DNA of 32,964 nucleotides from Vulcanimicrobiota bacterium (GTDB lineage Bacteria; Pseudomonadota; Alphaproteobacteria; Rhizobiales; Beijerinckiaceae): NCBI GenBank assembly GCA_964657815.1, contig CAZZWW010000001.1, positions 1 to 32,964 of the forward strand, read 5' to 3'. Shown piece by piece: positions 18,174 to 26,179 of this stretch (position 1 is its first letter; each line of letters starts with the position of its first letter). The notes under the pieces were generated by a model. It saw only the letters and a program-made list of their open reading frames with translations, ran no database searches and was not told where the DNA came from. The position numbers and the translations under genes were made by a program.

Positions 18174-19601
18174 ATGCTCGACGATCTCGACACAAAAAGC
18201 GGCTCTGCCATCTTTGTGTCAGCGGCGCTCGCCGATTCGCCATGCACGCACGGTGCACGCCCCCATAGTGATCGCGAGCAGGTCGACCGCCTTATTTGTC
18301 TGTTGGATCGCCTGCTGACCCGTCAGGTCAACGCGATCCTGCACCATCCGCGATTCCAGGCGCTCGAGGCTCGCTGGCGCGGGCTGGACTACCTCGTCGG
18401 CGCAGTGGACGGAAGCGTCAACGTCAAGGTCAGGATCGTGTCGGTATCGTGGAAAGAGCTGTGCCGTGACCTCGACAAGGCGACTGACTTCGACCAGAGC
18501 CACCTTTTCGATCTCGTATACAATCATGAATTCGGCATCGCTGGCGGCGAGCCTTACGGGATCCTGATCGGCGATTTCAGGGTCGGCCATGGCATCAATC
18601 CCGACCACGGCACCGACGACGTTGCCGCCATGCGCGGCATCGCCAGCGTTGCGGCTGCCGCGTTCTCCCCCTTCCTCATGGAAGCGCGGCCCGAACTCCT
18701 GCAAATCGATACCTTCGCCGACCTCGACATCCTGCCCGAAATGGACGACGCGTTTCAGAGCGCCGATTTTATCCGCTGGCAGGCGTTGCGCGGGCTGGAG
18801 GATGCCCGCTTCCTCGGTCTTCTTGCACCTCGTGTTCTCGCGCGGCTACCGCTACGGCCCTACGATCGCCGGCGCATTGACGGCTTCATGTTCGAGGAGC
18901 ACATCGGAGCCGACGGCAAGGAGCTGCTTTGGGGAAGTCCGGTCTACGCCTTCGCACGCATTGTCGTGCGCGCGTATGCGCATTCCGGCTGGTTTGCCGA
19001 CTTGCGCGGGGCACCGCAAGACCAGGATGGCGGAGGCCTCGTCACCGACCTGCCAACCATGTCGTTCAAGACTGACCGGCCAGGGCTCGCGGCGCAGCCG
19101 CCGGTCGAGATCCGGTTGACGGCGGCACAGGAGCGCGCCTTCTCCGATCACGGGCTCGTCCCGGTCGGTTGTGCCCCTTCGACACCGTGGCTCGTCTTCA
19201 ACGCCAACCCGTCACTTCATCGGCCGGCCCGCACGCAGAGCCGCATCGCCGACGAGAACGCCCGCATTGCGGCCATGCTGCAGTATGTACTCTGCGCCTC
19301 CCGGTTTGCGCATTACCTCAAGATCATGATGCGCGATCGGGTCGGCGCGCTCGGCGGCGCTTCCGCGATCGAGACGATGATTGGCACCTGGCTGCATCGG
19401 CATTGCCTCGGCAACGACGATGCGGCGCCGGAACTCAAGGCCAAGTTCCCGCTGCGCGACGCGTCGGTCTCGGTGCGCGAACTGCCAGGACGTCCGGGCG
19501 TCCTGGGCTGCGTGCTGCGACTGCAACCGCATTTCCAGCTCGACGACGTCTCCGCGAGCTTCCAGCTCGTGGCGGAAGTCTCAACAGCGTCGCAGACCTG
19601 A
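18174..19601 (+). CDS. tssC: Second, divergent TssC paralogue (ImpD-like)
   Basis: [58 protein letters not shown]. Tandem tssC pair as in the rhizobial imp operon. Confidence 0.92.
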   Translation: MLDDLDTKSGSAIFVSAALADSPCTHGARPHSDREQVDRLICLLDRLLTRQVNAILHHPRFQALEARWRGLDYLVGAVDGSVNVKVRIVSVSWKELCRDLDKATDFDQSHLFDLVYNHEFGIAGGEPYGILIGDFRVGHGINPDHGTDDVAAMRGIASVAAAAFSPFLMEARPELLQIDTFADLDILPEMDDAFQSADFIRWQALRGLEDARFLGLLAPRVLARLPLRPYDRRRIDGFMFEEHIGADGKELLWGSPVYAFARIVVRAYAHSGWFADLRGAPQDQDGGGLVTDLPTMSFKTDRPGLAAQPPVEIRLTAAQERAFSDHGLVPVGCAPSTPWLVFNANPSLHRPARTQSRIADENARIAAMLQYVLCASRFAHYLKIMMRDRVGALGGASAIETMIGTWLHRHCLGNDDAAPELKAKFPLRDASVSVRELPGRPGVLGCVLRLQPHFQLDDVSASFQLVAEVSTASQT

Positions 19602-19608
19602 GGCCGTC

Positions 19609-20424
19609 ATGTCCGGATCGCTTGCCAGTGCCGAAGAGATCGCCCCCCTGCTTCAGGCCGGCCGCCTCGGCGCGGCCGTTGCCGCGGTCAGCGCCAACGT
19701 CAAAGCAAAGCCGACCTCGGCTGCCGATCGTATTCTTCTGGCCGAGCTGCTGGTGCTCGAAGGCGCCTTCGAACGTGCGGACACTCACCTGAAGCTGGTG
19801 GCCGATCAGGCACCAGCCGAGCTGCTCGCGATCTCGCAGATGCGCTGGTTGCTCCGCGCGACCGAGATGCGGCGCGCCTGGTACGACAACGGCGCCGTAC
19901 CGACCTTCCTGGGTGAACCTACGGTTCTGCAGCGCGACGTGATGCGGTTGTCTCTATTAGCCCGTAGCGGCGGTGAGAGTGACGAACTGGCGGCCCTCCG
20001 GGACCGCCTGGAGGCCGAGCCGTTGACGGAGGTGTCGATCGACGGCGGAGCTCCCGAGCCGCTGCGCGATGTCTGCGACCTCAGCCAGCACGGCTTCGAG
20101 GCGCTGTCGCTTGACGGCCGCTATCTTTGGATCGCCCCCGAGCAGATCACCGACATGCGGATCGCTCCAGCAAGACGACCGTGCGACCTCCTCTGGCGCC
20201 AGGCCGATACTGTGCTCACTGACGACCGCGAGGCGACGTTCTTCTTGCTCGCGCAGTACTGGGATCCCGACAGCACCGAAGCGCAGCGCGTCGGCGCCGA
20301 AACCGCCTGGATCGAGGCCCCCGGTGGCATCGTGCGCGGGCGGGGGCAGAAGGTCCTGCTTGTCGGTGAGAGCGACCGCAACCTGCTCGAGATCGAGCAT
20401 TTCGCCCGACCGAAGGTCGCCTGA
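19609..20424 (+). CDS. tagJ: T6SS accessory protein TagJ/ImpE (TPR-like N-terminus)
   Basis: LLQAGRL..A......VKAKPT...RILLAELLVLEG.FERAD, Y.W, DLLWR and GRGQKVL. Lies between tssC2 and tssE. Start at ATG 19609. Confidence 0.88.
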   Translation: MSGSLASAEEIAPLLQAGRLGAAVAAVSANVKAKPTSAADRILLAELLVLEGAFERADTHLKLVADQAPAELLAISQMRWLLRATEMRRAWYDNGAVPTFLGEPTVLQRDVMRLSLLARSGGESDELAALRDRLEAEPLTEVSIDGGAPEPLRDVCDLSQHGFEALSLDGRYLWIAPEQITDMRIAPARRPCDLLWRQADTVLTDDREATFFLLAQYWDPDSTEAQRVGAETAWIEAPGGIVRGRGQKVLLVGESDRNLLEIEHFARPKVA

Positions 20425-20885
20425 TGCGCCTCCAAACGTCGCTGCTCGATCGACTGATCGACGATAAGCCGGAACTCAGCTGCGACCCGCCGATGACGCG
20501 GACGCAGGAGATGATCGCGATCCGCGACGGTTTCCGGCGGGACCTCGAAGCGCTGCTCAACACGCGGCGCATGTGCCGCTCGCCGACGTCGCGGTACGCG
20601 CTGCTTGCAGAGTCTATAACTGCCTACGGCGTAGAAGATTTCGTCGGCGCGCCGCTCGCCACGTACGAGCAGCGTCAGGAGCTCGCCAGTGCGGTGGAGA
20701 AGACGATCCAAACCTTCGAGCCGCGCTTCATCAGCGTCTCGGTTACCATGGTGAAGGCGCGCGACCTTCACGAACGCCGACAGACGATCCGCATCGAGGC
20801 GATTGCAAAGCTGGAGCACGGTCCAGAGCCGGTCGTGTTCGAGTCAGCGCTCGATCCAACGACGCGCTCGTTCCGCGTAGACTAG
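20424..20885 (+). CDS. tssE: T6SS baseplate subunit TssE (gp25-like)
   Basis: SLLDRLIDD.P, RRDLEALLNTRR, YG..D, I..FEPRF. TGATG coupling to tagJ. Confidence 0.93.
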   Translation: MRLQTSLLDRLIDDKPELSCDPPMTRTQEMIAIRDGFRRDLEALLNTRRMCRSPTSRYALLAESITAYGVEDFVGAPLATYEQRQELASAVEKTIQTFEPRFISVSVTMVKARDLHERRQTIRIEAIAKLEHGPEPVVFESALDPTTRSFRVD

Positions 20886-20897
20886 CGGTCAGCCCCC

Positions 20898-22700
20898 ATG
20901 GCCGAGAGCCTCTTCAACTTCTTCAATGAGGAATTAGACTCGCTCCGTTCGCTCGGCGCACGCTTCGCCGCCCGCTATCCCAAGGTCGCGGGCCGACTAC
21001 GCCTGTCGCCCGATGCGATCGACGATCCGCATGTTGCCCGATTGATTGAGAGCTTCGCCTTCGTCGCCGCGCGCCTGCGGCTGAAGCTCGACGACGACTT
21101 TCCCGAGCTCACCGAGACACTGCTCGAGTTCCTTTACCCGCACTACCTCGCGCCGATCCCGAGTCTCTGCGTTACATCTGTGCAGCCGGGGTCGGAGATC
21201 ACCGGCCGTCACATCATGCCACGCGGATCGATCGTGGAGAGTGAGGCGGTGGAAGGCGACAGTTGCCGCTTCCGCACGACGCAGGCGGTCGAGATCTGGC
21301 CGATCCGCGTGACGCAGGTCGCGATGTCCGGCCAGCCGCTCGCAGCGCCTCCGGCGCCGCGGCTCGACGCGGCCGCCAGCCTGCGCATCGTTCTCGAATG
21401 CACGGAGAAGGACGGCACGTTCACCGGTCTCGGCATCGATAGGCTGCGCTTCTATCTACGCGCGCCCTGGCGGCAGGCTGTGGCGCTCTACGAGCTGCTG
21501 CTCAACGATTGCGTTGGAATCGCCTTCGCCGATCATCCGGAGGACAGCAAAGCTGTGTTCGTAGGACCCGAAGCGCTGCGCGCCATCGGCTTCGACGATG
21601 AGGACGCGGCGCTCCCGCCGACACCACGCGGCCACCCCGCGTTCCGGCTGCTGACGGAATTCTTCGCCTATCCGCAGAAATTTCTCTTTTTCGATCTCTC
21701 ACGCATCGGGGCGAAGAGCCTGCGCGAGGCCGGGAGCCGCCTGGAGGTGTTCTTCTACCTACGCCGCCATGTTCCCGATCTCGACCGCGGACTCGGTGCC
21801 GATACGTTCGCCTTGAACTGCACGCCGATCATCAATCTTTTCGCGCAACGCGCCGAACCGATCACGATGACGCGCTCTCGGAGTGAATACGCGATCGTGC
21901 CTGATACGCGGCGGCACGCGACGCGCGAGGTCTATTCGATCGATTACATCTCGATCGCCGATCGCACAGGCCTCGGCCGCGTCGCGGCGCCCTTGTTTGG
22001 ACGACCGATCGGACAGGACGGCCTGACGCTGCATTGGCAGTTGCGACGACGACGCGAGGTCGAGGGCGACGGGGGCACCGACGCGCGGCTCGCCATCGTC
22101 GATGCGGCGGAACACGCCGAGTCTTTCACCGACTCGGTTCTCACTGCCGAGACCACCTGCACCAATCGAGATCTCGTGTCGCGGCTGCCCTATGGCGGCG
22201 GCCAGCCGATCCTTGCGACGCCGCGAAACTCCGGCGACTCCAGCCGCTTCATCGCGCTGACGGCTTTTACCCCCACTCTACGCCTCGCGAGCGACGAGGG
22301 TTTGTTGTGGCGGCTCCTGTCGCACCTGAAACTCGGGCACCTCTCGCTCGTCGACGGTAACGGCGGTCCCGATGCTTTCCGCGAGATGATGCGGCTCTAC
22401 GATTACCGCGACGCGCCCGAAACTCGCGCCCTCGTCGACGCCATCTCGTCGGTCGAGAGCCGTCGCTCGACCGCACGCGTCGCCGGCAGCGGGGTCGCAC
22501 GTGGCCTCGATATCACTGTCGAGATGGACACCCGCCGCATCGAACCAGGCGTCGCCTTCCTGTTCGGCCAAGCGCTCGACCGCTTCCTTGGCCTCTACGT
22601 GAACCTGAACAGCTTCACGCGCCTTACCATCCGCCTAAAGGGCGTTTCGCGCCCCCTGAAAACCTGGCCGCCGCGCTCGGGCGAGAAGGTGTTGGCGTGA
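20898..22700 (+). CDS. tssF: T6SS baseplate subunit TssF
   Basis: FAARYPKVAGRL, DPHVARLIESFAF..AR, YPHYLAPIPS, LLTEFFAYPQKF, LNCTPIINLF, CTNRDL, NSFTRL, WPPRSG. Confidence 0.95.
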   Translation: MAESLFNFFNEELDSLRSLGARFAARYPKVAGRLRLSPDAIDDPHVARLIESFAFVAARLRLKLDDDFPELTETLLEFLYPHYLAPIPSLCVTSVQPGSEITGRHIMPRGSIVESEAVEGDSCRFRTTQAVEIWPIRVTQVAMSGQPLAAPPAPRLDAAASLRIVLECTEKDGTFTGLGIDRLRFYLRAPWRQAVALYELLLNDCVGIAFADHPEDSKAVFVGPEALRAIGFDDEDAALPPTPRGHPAFRLLTEFFAYPQKFLFFDLSRIGAKSLREAGSRLEVFFYLRRHVPDLDRGLGADTFALNCTPIINLFAQRAEPITMTRSRSEYAIVPDTRRHATREVYSIDYISIADRTGLGRVAAPLFGRPIGQDGLTLHWQLRRRREVEGDGGTDARLAIVDAAEHAESFTDSVLTAETTCTNRDLVSRLPYGGGQPILATPRNSGDSSRFIALTAFTPTLRLASDEGLLWRLLSHLKLGHLSLVDGNGGPDAFREMMRLYDYRDAPETRALVDAISSVESRRSTARVAGSGVARGLDITVEMDTRRIEPGVAFLFGQALDRFLGLYVNLNSFTRLTIRLKGVSRPLKTWPPRSGEKVLA

Positions 22701-23671
22701 ACGCTCCGCAGCCGCGTCAAAGCGAGACGCTCGTCGATCGTCTCGCGCGCGAAATTGACCAGTTCGATCCGTTCGAGGCGCTACGTCTTGTGCAGTCTGG
22801 CAAGGACGCTGACGAGGCGCTGCCGGTGCGTCACGCGCTCACCAACCGTTTCGTCGCGACGCCGCTGCAACGCGGCGCCGGAACAGCCGAGATCGAGACA
22901 GCCTTCGTCGGCCTCGTCGGTCTGATCGGACCTTTGCCGCCCTTCTACACCGAGACCGCATTGCGCGAAAAGAAGCGGCGCAGCCATGCCCTGCGCGGGT
23001 TTCTCGATATCTTCCTCAAGCGCATTGTCGCGCTTTTTGTCGGCGCGCACGAGAAATATCGCCTGCCCTCGCTGATCGCGCGCCAGGGTGCCGAAGGACA
23101 ACACGCGGTCACCGACGCGATCTACGCCCTGATGGGCCTCGGCCTGCCGGCGCTACGCAATCGTTTGCTAACGGATGATTGGTGCCTACTCCCCTACGCC
23201 GGGATCCTCGCGCGAGAAGTACGCTCTGCCGCAGGTCTCGAAGTGATCCTCGCCGATCAGTTCGGGCTCAAGGTCAAGGTAGAGCCGATGCGCCGACGGT
23301 GGTTGCCGATCGAGGCGCACGAGCAAACGCGGCTCGGCGGTGGGTTCTCTCGACTCGGCACGGACGCAGTCGCCGGAGCGCGCACGCTCGACGTATCGAG
23401 CACGTTTCGGGTCGTGCTTGGTCCGGTCGATTACGGCACCTTCCAATGGCTGTCGCCGGGATCTCCGGCGATGACCCGGATTGCCGAGCTGGTGCGCTTC
23501 TACATGGAGCCCGGGCTCGATTTCGACGTCCAGGTGATTCTAGTTAAAGAGGACGTACCGGAAAGCAGGCTCGGCGCAACGGCGCCGCGCCTAGGCTGGA
23601 ACGGATGGCTGCGCAAACTGCCCGCGCTCAGGGACGCCGATCAGGCGATCTTCGATCCCGGCTTGGGTTGA
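22697..23671 (+). CDS. tssG: T6SS baseplate subunit TssG
   Basis: F.GL.G..GPLP.FYTE, FLDIF, KYRL, RSAAGL, LGPVDY..F, RLGWNGWL. GTGA overlap with tssF. Confidence 0.93.
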   Translation: MNAPQPRQSETLVDRLAREIDQFDPFEALRLVQSGKDADEALPVRHALTNRFVATPLQRGAGTAEIETAFVGLVGLIGPLPPFYTETALREKKRRSHALRGFLDIFLKRIVALFVGAHEKYRLPSLIARQGAEGQHAVTDAIYALMGLGLPALRNRLLTDDWCLLPYAGILAREVRSAAGLEVILADQFGLKVKVEPMRRRWLPIEAHEQTRLGGGFSRLGTDAVAGARTLDVSSTFRVVLGPVDYGTFQWLSPGSPAMTRIAELVRFYMEPGLDFDVQVILVKEDVPESRLGATAPRLGWNGWLRKLPALRDADQAIFDPGLG

Positions 23672-24741
23672 CGCCGCAGCGCGCGCAGCGCCTTCAGCGC
23701 GCGCATGTCGGAGAAGGCCGCACGCAACGCGTCGCTCCAAGCCGGCTCGCCCGTTCGAAAACGCGCCGCCACGTCGCTGGCGCTCGGGCGAGCGGCGGGA
23801 TCGGGATCGAGCAGACGGCCGACCAGTACCGCAAGCGGCTTCGGCAAATGCGTTAGCGCCGGCAACAGGCGACGCGCCGCACGAGCGCTCTCCTGATCGT
23901 GCCCCATCGCGAGTCGCTGCCCGGTTGCTGCGGCAGCGAGGATGAGTCCGAGTGCGTACATGTCCGTCGCCGGCGTTGCCGGGCCTCCCTCGATCTGTTC
24001 GGGCGCGGCAATAGACCATTTGCCGGCAAATGAAATCGAGCGCGAGGCGTTGGCCTGAGCCAGACCCAGATCGAGCAGCACCGCGCCTTCGAGGGCGCCG
24101 ACCAGCACGACGTTCTCGGCGGAGAGGTCGCCGTGCACCAACCCATTGGCATGCAGCGCATGGAGGCTGGTCGACAAGCGATAGGCGACCGCGCGAAGCT
24201 CCTTCGGCTCCAGCGCGCCGCCGAGAAGCGTCTCGCCGAGAGTCGGTCCGCGTGCCAGATCGAGCACAAGGAACGGTCGCCCGTCGCCATGTCGCAGTAG
24301 CGCGTAAGCGCGCACGATACCGTCATGACGCAAGGCAAGCAGCGCCTTTGCCTCTGCGGCGAAGAGGTCGCAGACGAGAGGGTCGCGGGCGCGCTCCGGC
24401 TTGAGGATTTTCACGGCATAGTCGGTGCGAAGGTCGCGATGGCGGACTTGATAGACCTCGGCCATGCCGCCGGTCCCGATCAGAACGCGTACGACGTAGG
24501 CGTTGGCGAGGATGGTGCCGGGCGCCAGGGTGCCTTCGGGCGTCGCATTTTCCGGTAACGGCTCTCCCGAGGCGAGGCTGTCGAGTGCGGCGCGGACGCC
24601 GTCGGTGCAGGCGCGCAGCTCCGCCTCAGGGCGCGGCGCCCCGGAATCGTCGGCGACGAGGACGCCGACGAGTGCGTCGAGCCGGGTCTGGATCAAGCCG
24701 ACGCCCGCGATCTCGTCCGTGCCAGGGGCCTCTTCGATCAT
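23641..24741 (-). CDS. ppkA: T6SS Ser/Thr protein kinase (PpkA/TagE-like), no visible TM segment
   Basis: IGTGGMAEVY, AVK, HGDLSAENV, DLG (in place of DFG), APEQ, TDMYALG, DP..RP. Last gene of the fha-tssKLM-tagF operon. Start at 24741 or 24759. Confidence 0.85.
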   Translation of the reverse strand: MIEEAPGTDEIAGVGLIQTRLDALVGVLVADDSGAPRPEAELRACTDGVRAALDSLASGEPLPENATPEGTLAPGTILANAYVVRVLIGTGGMAEVYQVRHRDLRTDYAVKILKPERARDPLVCDLFAAEAKALLALRHDGIVRAYALLRHGDGRPFLVLDLARGPTLGETLLGGALEPKELRAVAYRLSTSLHALHANGLVHGDLSAENVVLVGALEGAVLLDLGLAQANASRSISFAGKWSIAAPEQIEGGPATPATDMYALGLILAAAATGQRLAMGHDQESARAARRLLPALTHLPKPLAVLVGRLLDPDPAARPSASDVAARFRTGEPAWSDALRAAFSDMRALKALRALRRQPKPGSKIA

Positions 24742-24745
24742 CGCT

Positions 24746-26179
24746 TCACTCCACGACATCGACGACGAGCGCGGTGACGTTGTCGCCGGCCCCGGCGATC
24801 AAGGCATCATCGATGAGCTCGGCCGCCACCTCGGCCGCGCTGCCACGGCGGACGGCCGCCTCCAGCAGCCGATCACCGATGGTCTTCACGAGGCCGTCGC
24901 TGCAGAGGATGAAACGGTCGCCCGGGCGCACCTCGCCGCGCGCCACGTCGACGATGAGGTTGGCCTCGGCGCCGATCGCGCGGGTCACGTAGCGGCCTCC
25001 GTCGGAGACGTGATCGCGCGTCAGACGATGCAGACGGCCTTCACGACGCAGGTAGGCGCGGCTGTCGCCGGCCCATACCGCGGCGAACTGGCCCTTGTGC
25101 ACAAACAGCGTGACGATCACTGCGGCGCAGATGCGCTCGGGCCCGAGCTGCCGGCCTTTGGCACACAGTGCATCGTTGGCCTCCTCGAGCAGTTCCTCGA
25201 TCTCGGTCAGCGCACTGCCGAAACTCATCGGCACTTGGAACTCGGCGAGCTTGGCGATGACCAACGCGCTGGCATAGGCGCCAGCGTCGTGGCCGCCGGC
25301 ACCATCGGCCACCGCCCACAGGCCGAGGTCGGGCCGCTCCAGCGTGGCGTCCTGGTTGTTAGCGCGACGGGTGCCTCGATGGGTGCGCGCCGCCGATTGC
25401 AGCGGACCCCCGCTGTGGACAGGCACCGTCTCGGTCTCCTCGGGGACCGGTGCCAGCGCCTCGGTCCAGCCCCAATCCTCCCACCGCCCATCCAGGAGCG
25501 CGGCATAGCGCTCGGGCGGCGGCATGCCCTGATGGTGCAGCATGGATGGAGCGACCCCGCCACCGCCCTTCGTCCACCAAAGCGTCATGTTGTCCTGTCG
25601 CGCGCCGAGCGTGGCTTCCAGCGCGCCGGATAGGCCCTGCGCCCTCTCCAGCGCATCGCCGTAGGCGAAGCGCAAAGCGGGAGCGGCGCGGTCACTGGTG
25701 AAGACCGGCTGTCCTAACGCCACGACGCGGCCATCGAAAGCATCGAAGGGGGCGCCCTCATAGACGCCCGACATGGCGGCGCGCTCGGCGGCGGCGAACC
25801 AAGCTTCCGCCGAATGAACGAGCTTCAACGGCGCAGCGCAGCCTGGAACGTCGGCGGCAATGACGATCGGGAACTGTCGACCGTAATTGTCCCGGCTTGG
25901 CATGATGATGCCGGCGATGGGCTCGCTGCCGGCGATTCCGGCCGTGAGGATGAACCGCCAGCACGGCGCATGCGCGTAGCAATCGGCCCATGTTTCGCCG
26001 AGTGCCTTGCGGCTGTGGGTCAGCGAGGCGCTGAGCCAGCCGTCGAAAAGCGTCCTGATCCTGCCGTCGAAGCGGCGGGCAACGAAGTCCCCGCGCGTCG
26101 GTAGCTTGCCGAAGAAGCCGGGGAGCCTTGCCTGCTCGCTCTTCACGGCCTGCGGGCGCCTCAGGGGAGCATGCGCCAT
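24746..26179 (-). CDS. tagF: TagF-PppA fusion (TagF domain plus PP2C phosphatase)
   Basis: TagF motifs GFFGKLPTRGDFV, WRF and SRDNYGRQFP. PP2C motifs NQD, VADG.GGHDAG, WAGDSR, CSDGL and DNVT. ATG 26179 overlaps the tssM stop (TGATG), so the 26356 start is unlikely. Confidence 0.92.
   Translation of the reverse strand: MAHAPLRRPQAVKSEQARLPGFFGKLPTRGDFVARRFDGRIRTLFDGWLSASLTHSRKALGETWADCYAHAPCWRFILTAGIAGSEPIAGIIMPSRDNYGRQFPIVIAADVPGCAAPLKLVHSAEAWFAAAERAAMSGVYEGAPFDAFDGRVVALGQPVFTSDRAAPALRFAYGDALERAQGLSGALEATLGARQDNMTLWWTKGGGGVAPSMLHHQGMPPPERYAALLDGRWEDWGWTEALAPVPEETETVPVHSGGPLQSAARTHRGTRRANNQDATLERPDLGLWAVADGAGGHDAGAYASALVIAKLAEFQVPMSFGSALTEIEELLEEANDALCAKGRQLGPERICAAVIVTLFVHKGQFAAVWAGDSRAYLRREGRLHRLTRDHVSDGGRYVTRAIGAEANLIVDVARGEVRPGDRFILCSDGLVKTIGDRLLEAAVRRGSAAEVAAELIDDALIAGAGDNVTALVVDVVE

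Noticed and set aside
16662-19601. Tandem tssC duplication as a novelty (likewise the TagF-PppA fusion and TssL-OmpA fusion)
   Set aside because: All three are established features of the Agrobacterium/Rhizobium imp-type T6SS.
24503-25633. 376-aa antisense ORF over ppkA and tagF-pppA
   Set aside because: Antisense shadow expected from high-GC codon usage; no motifs.
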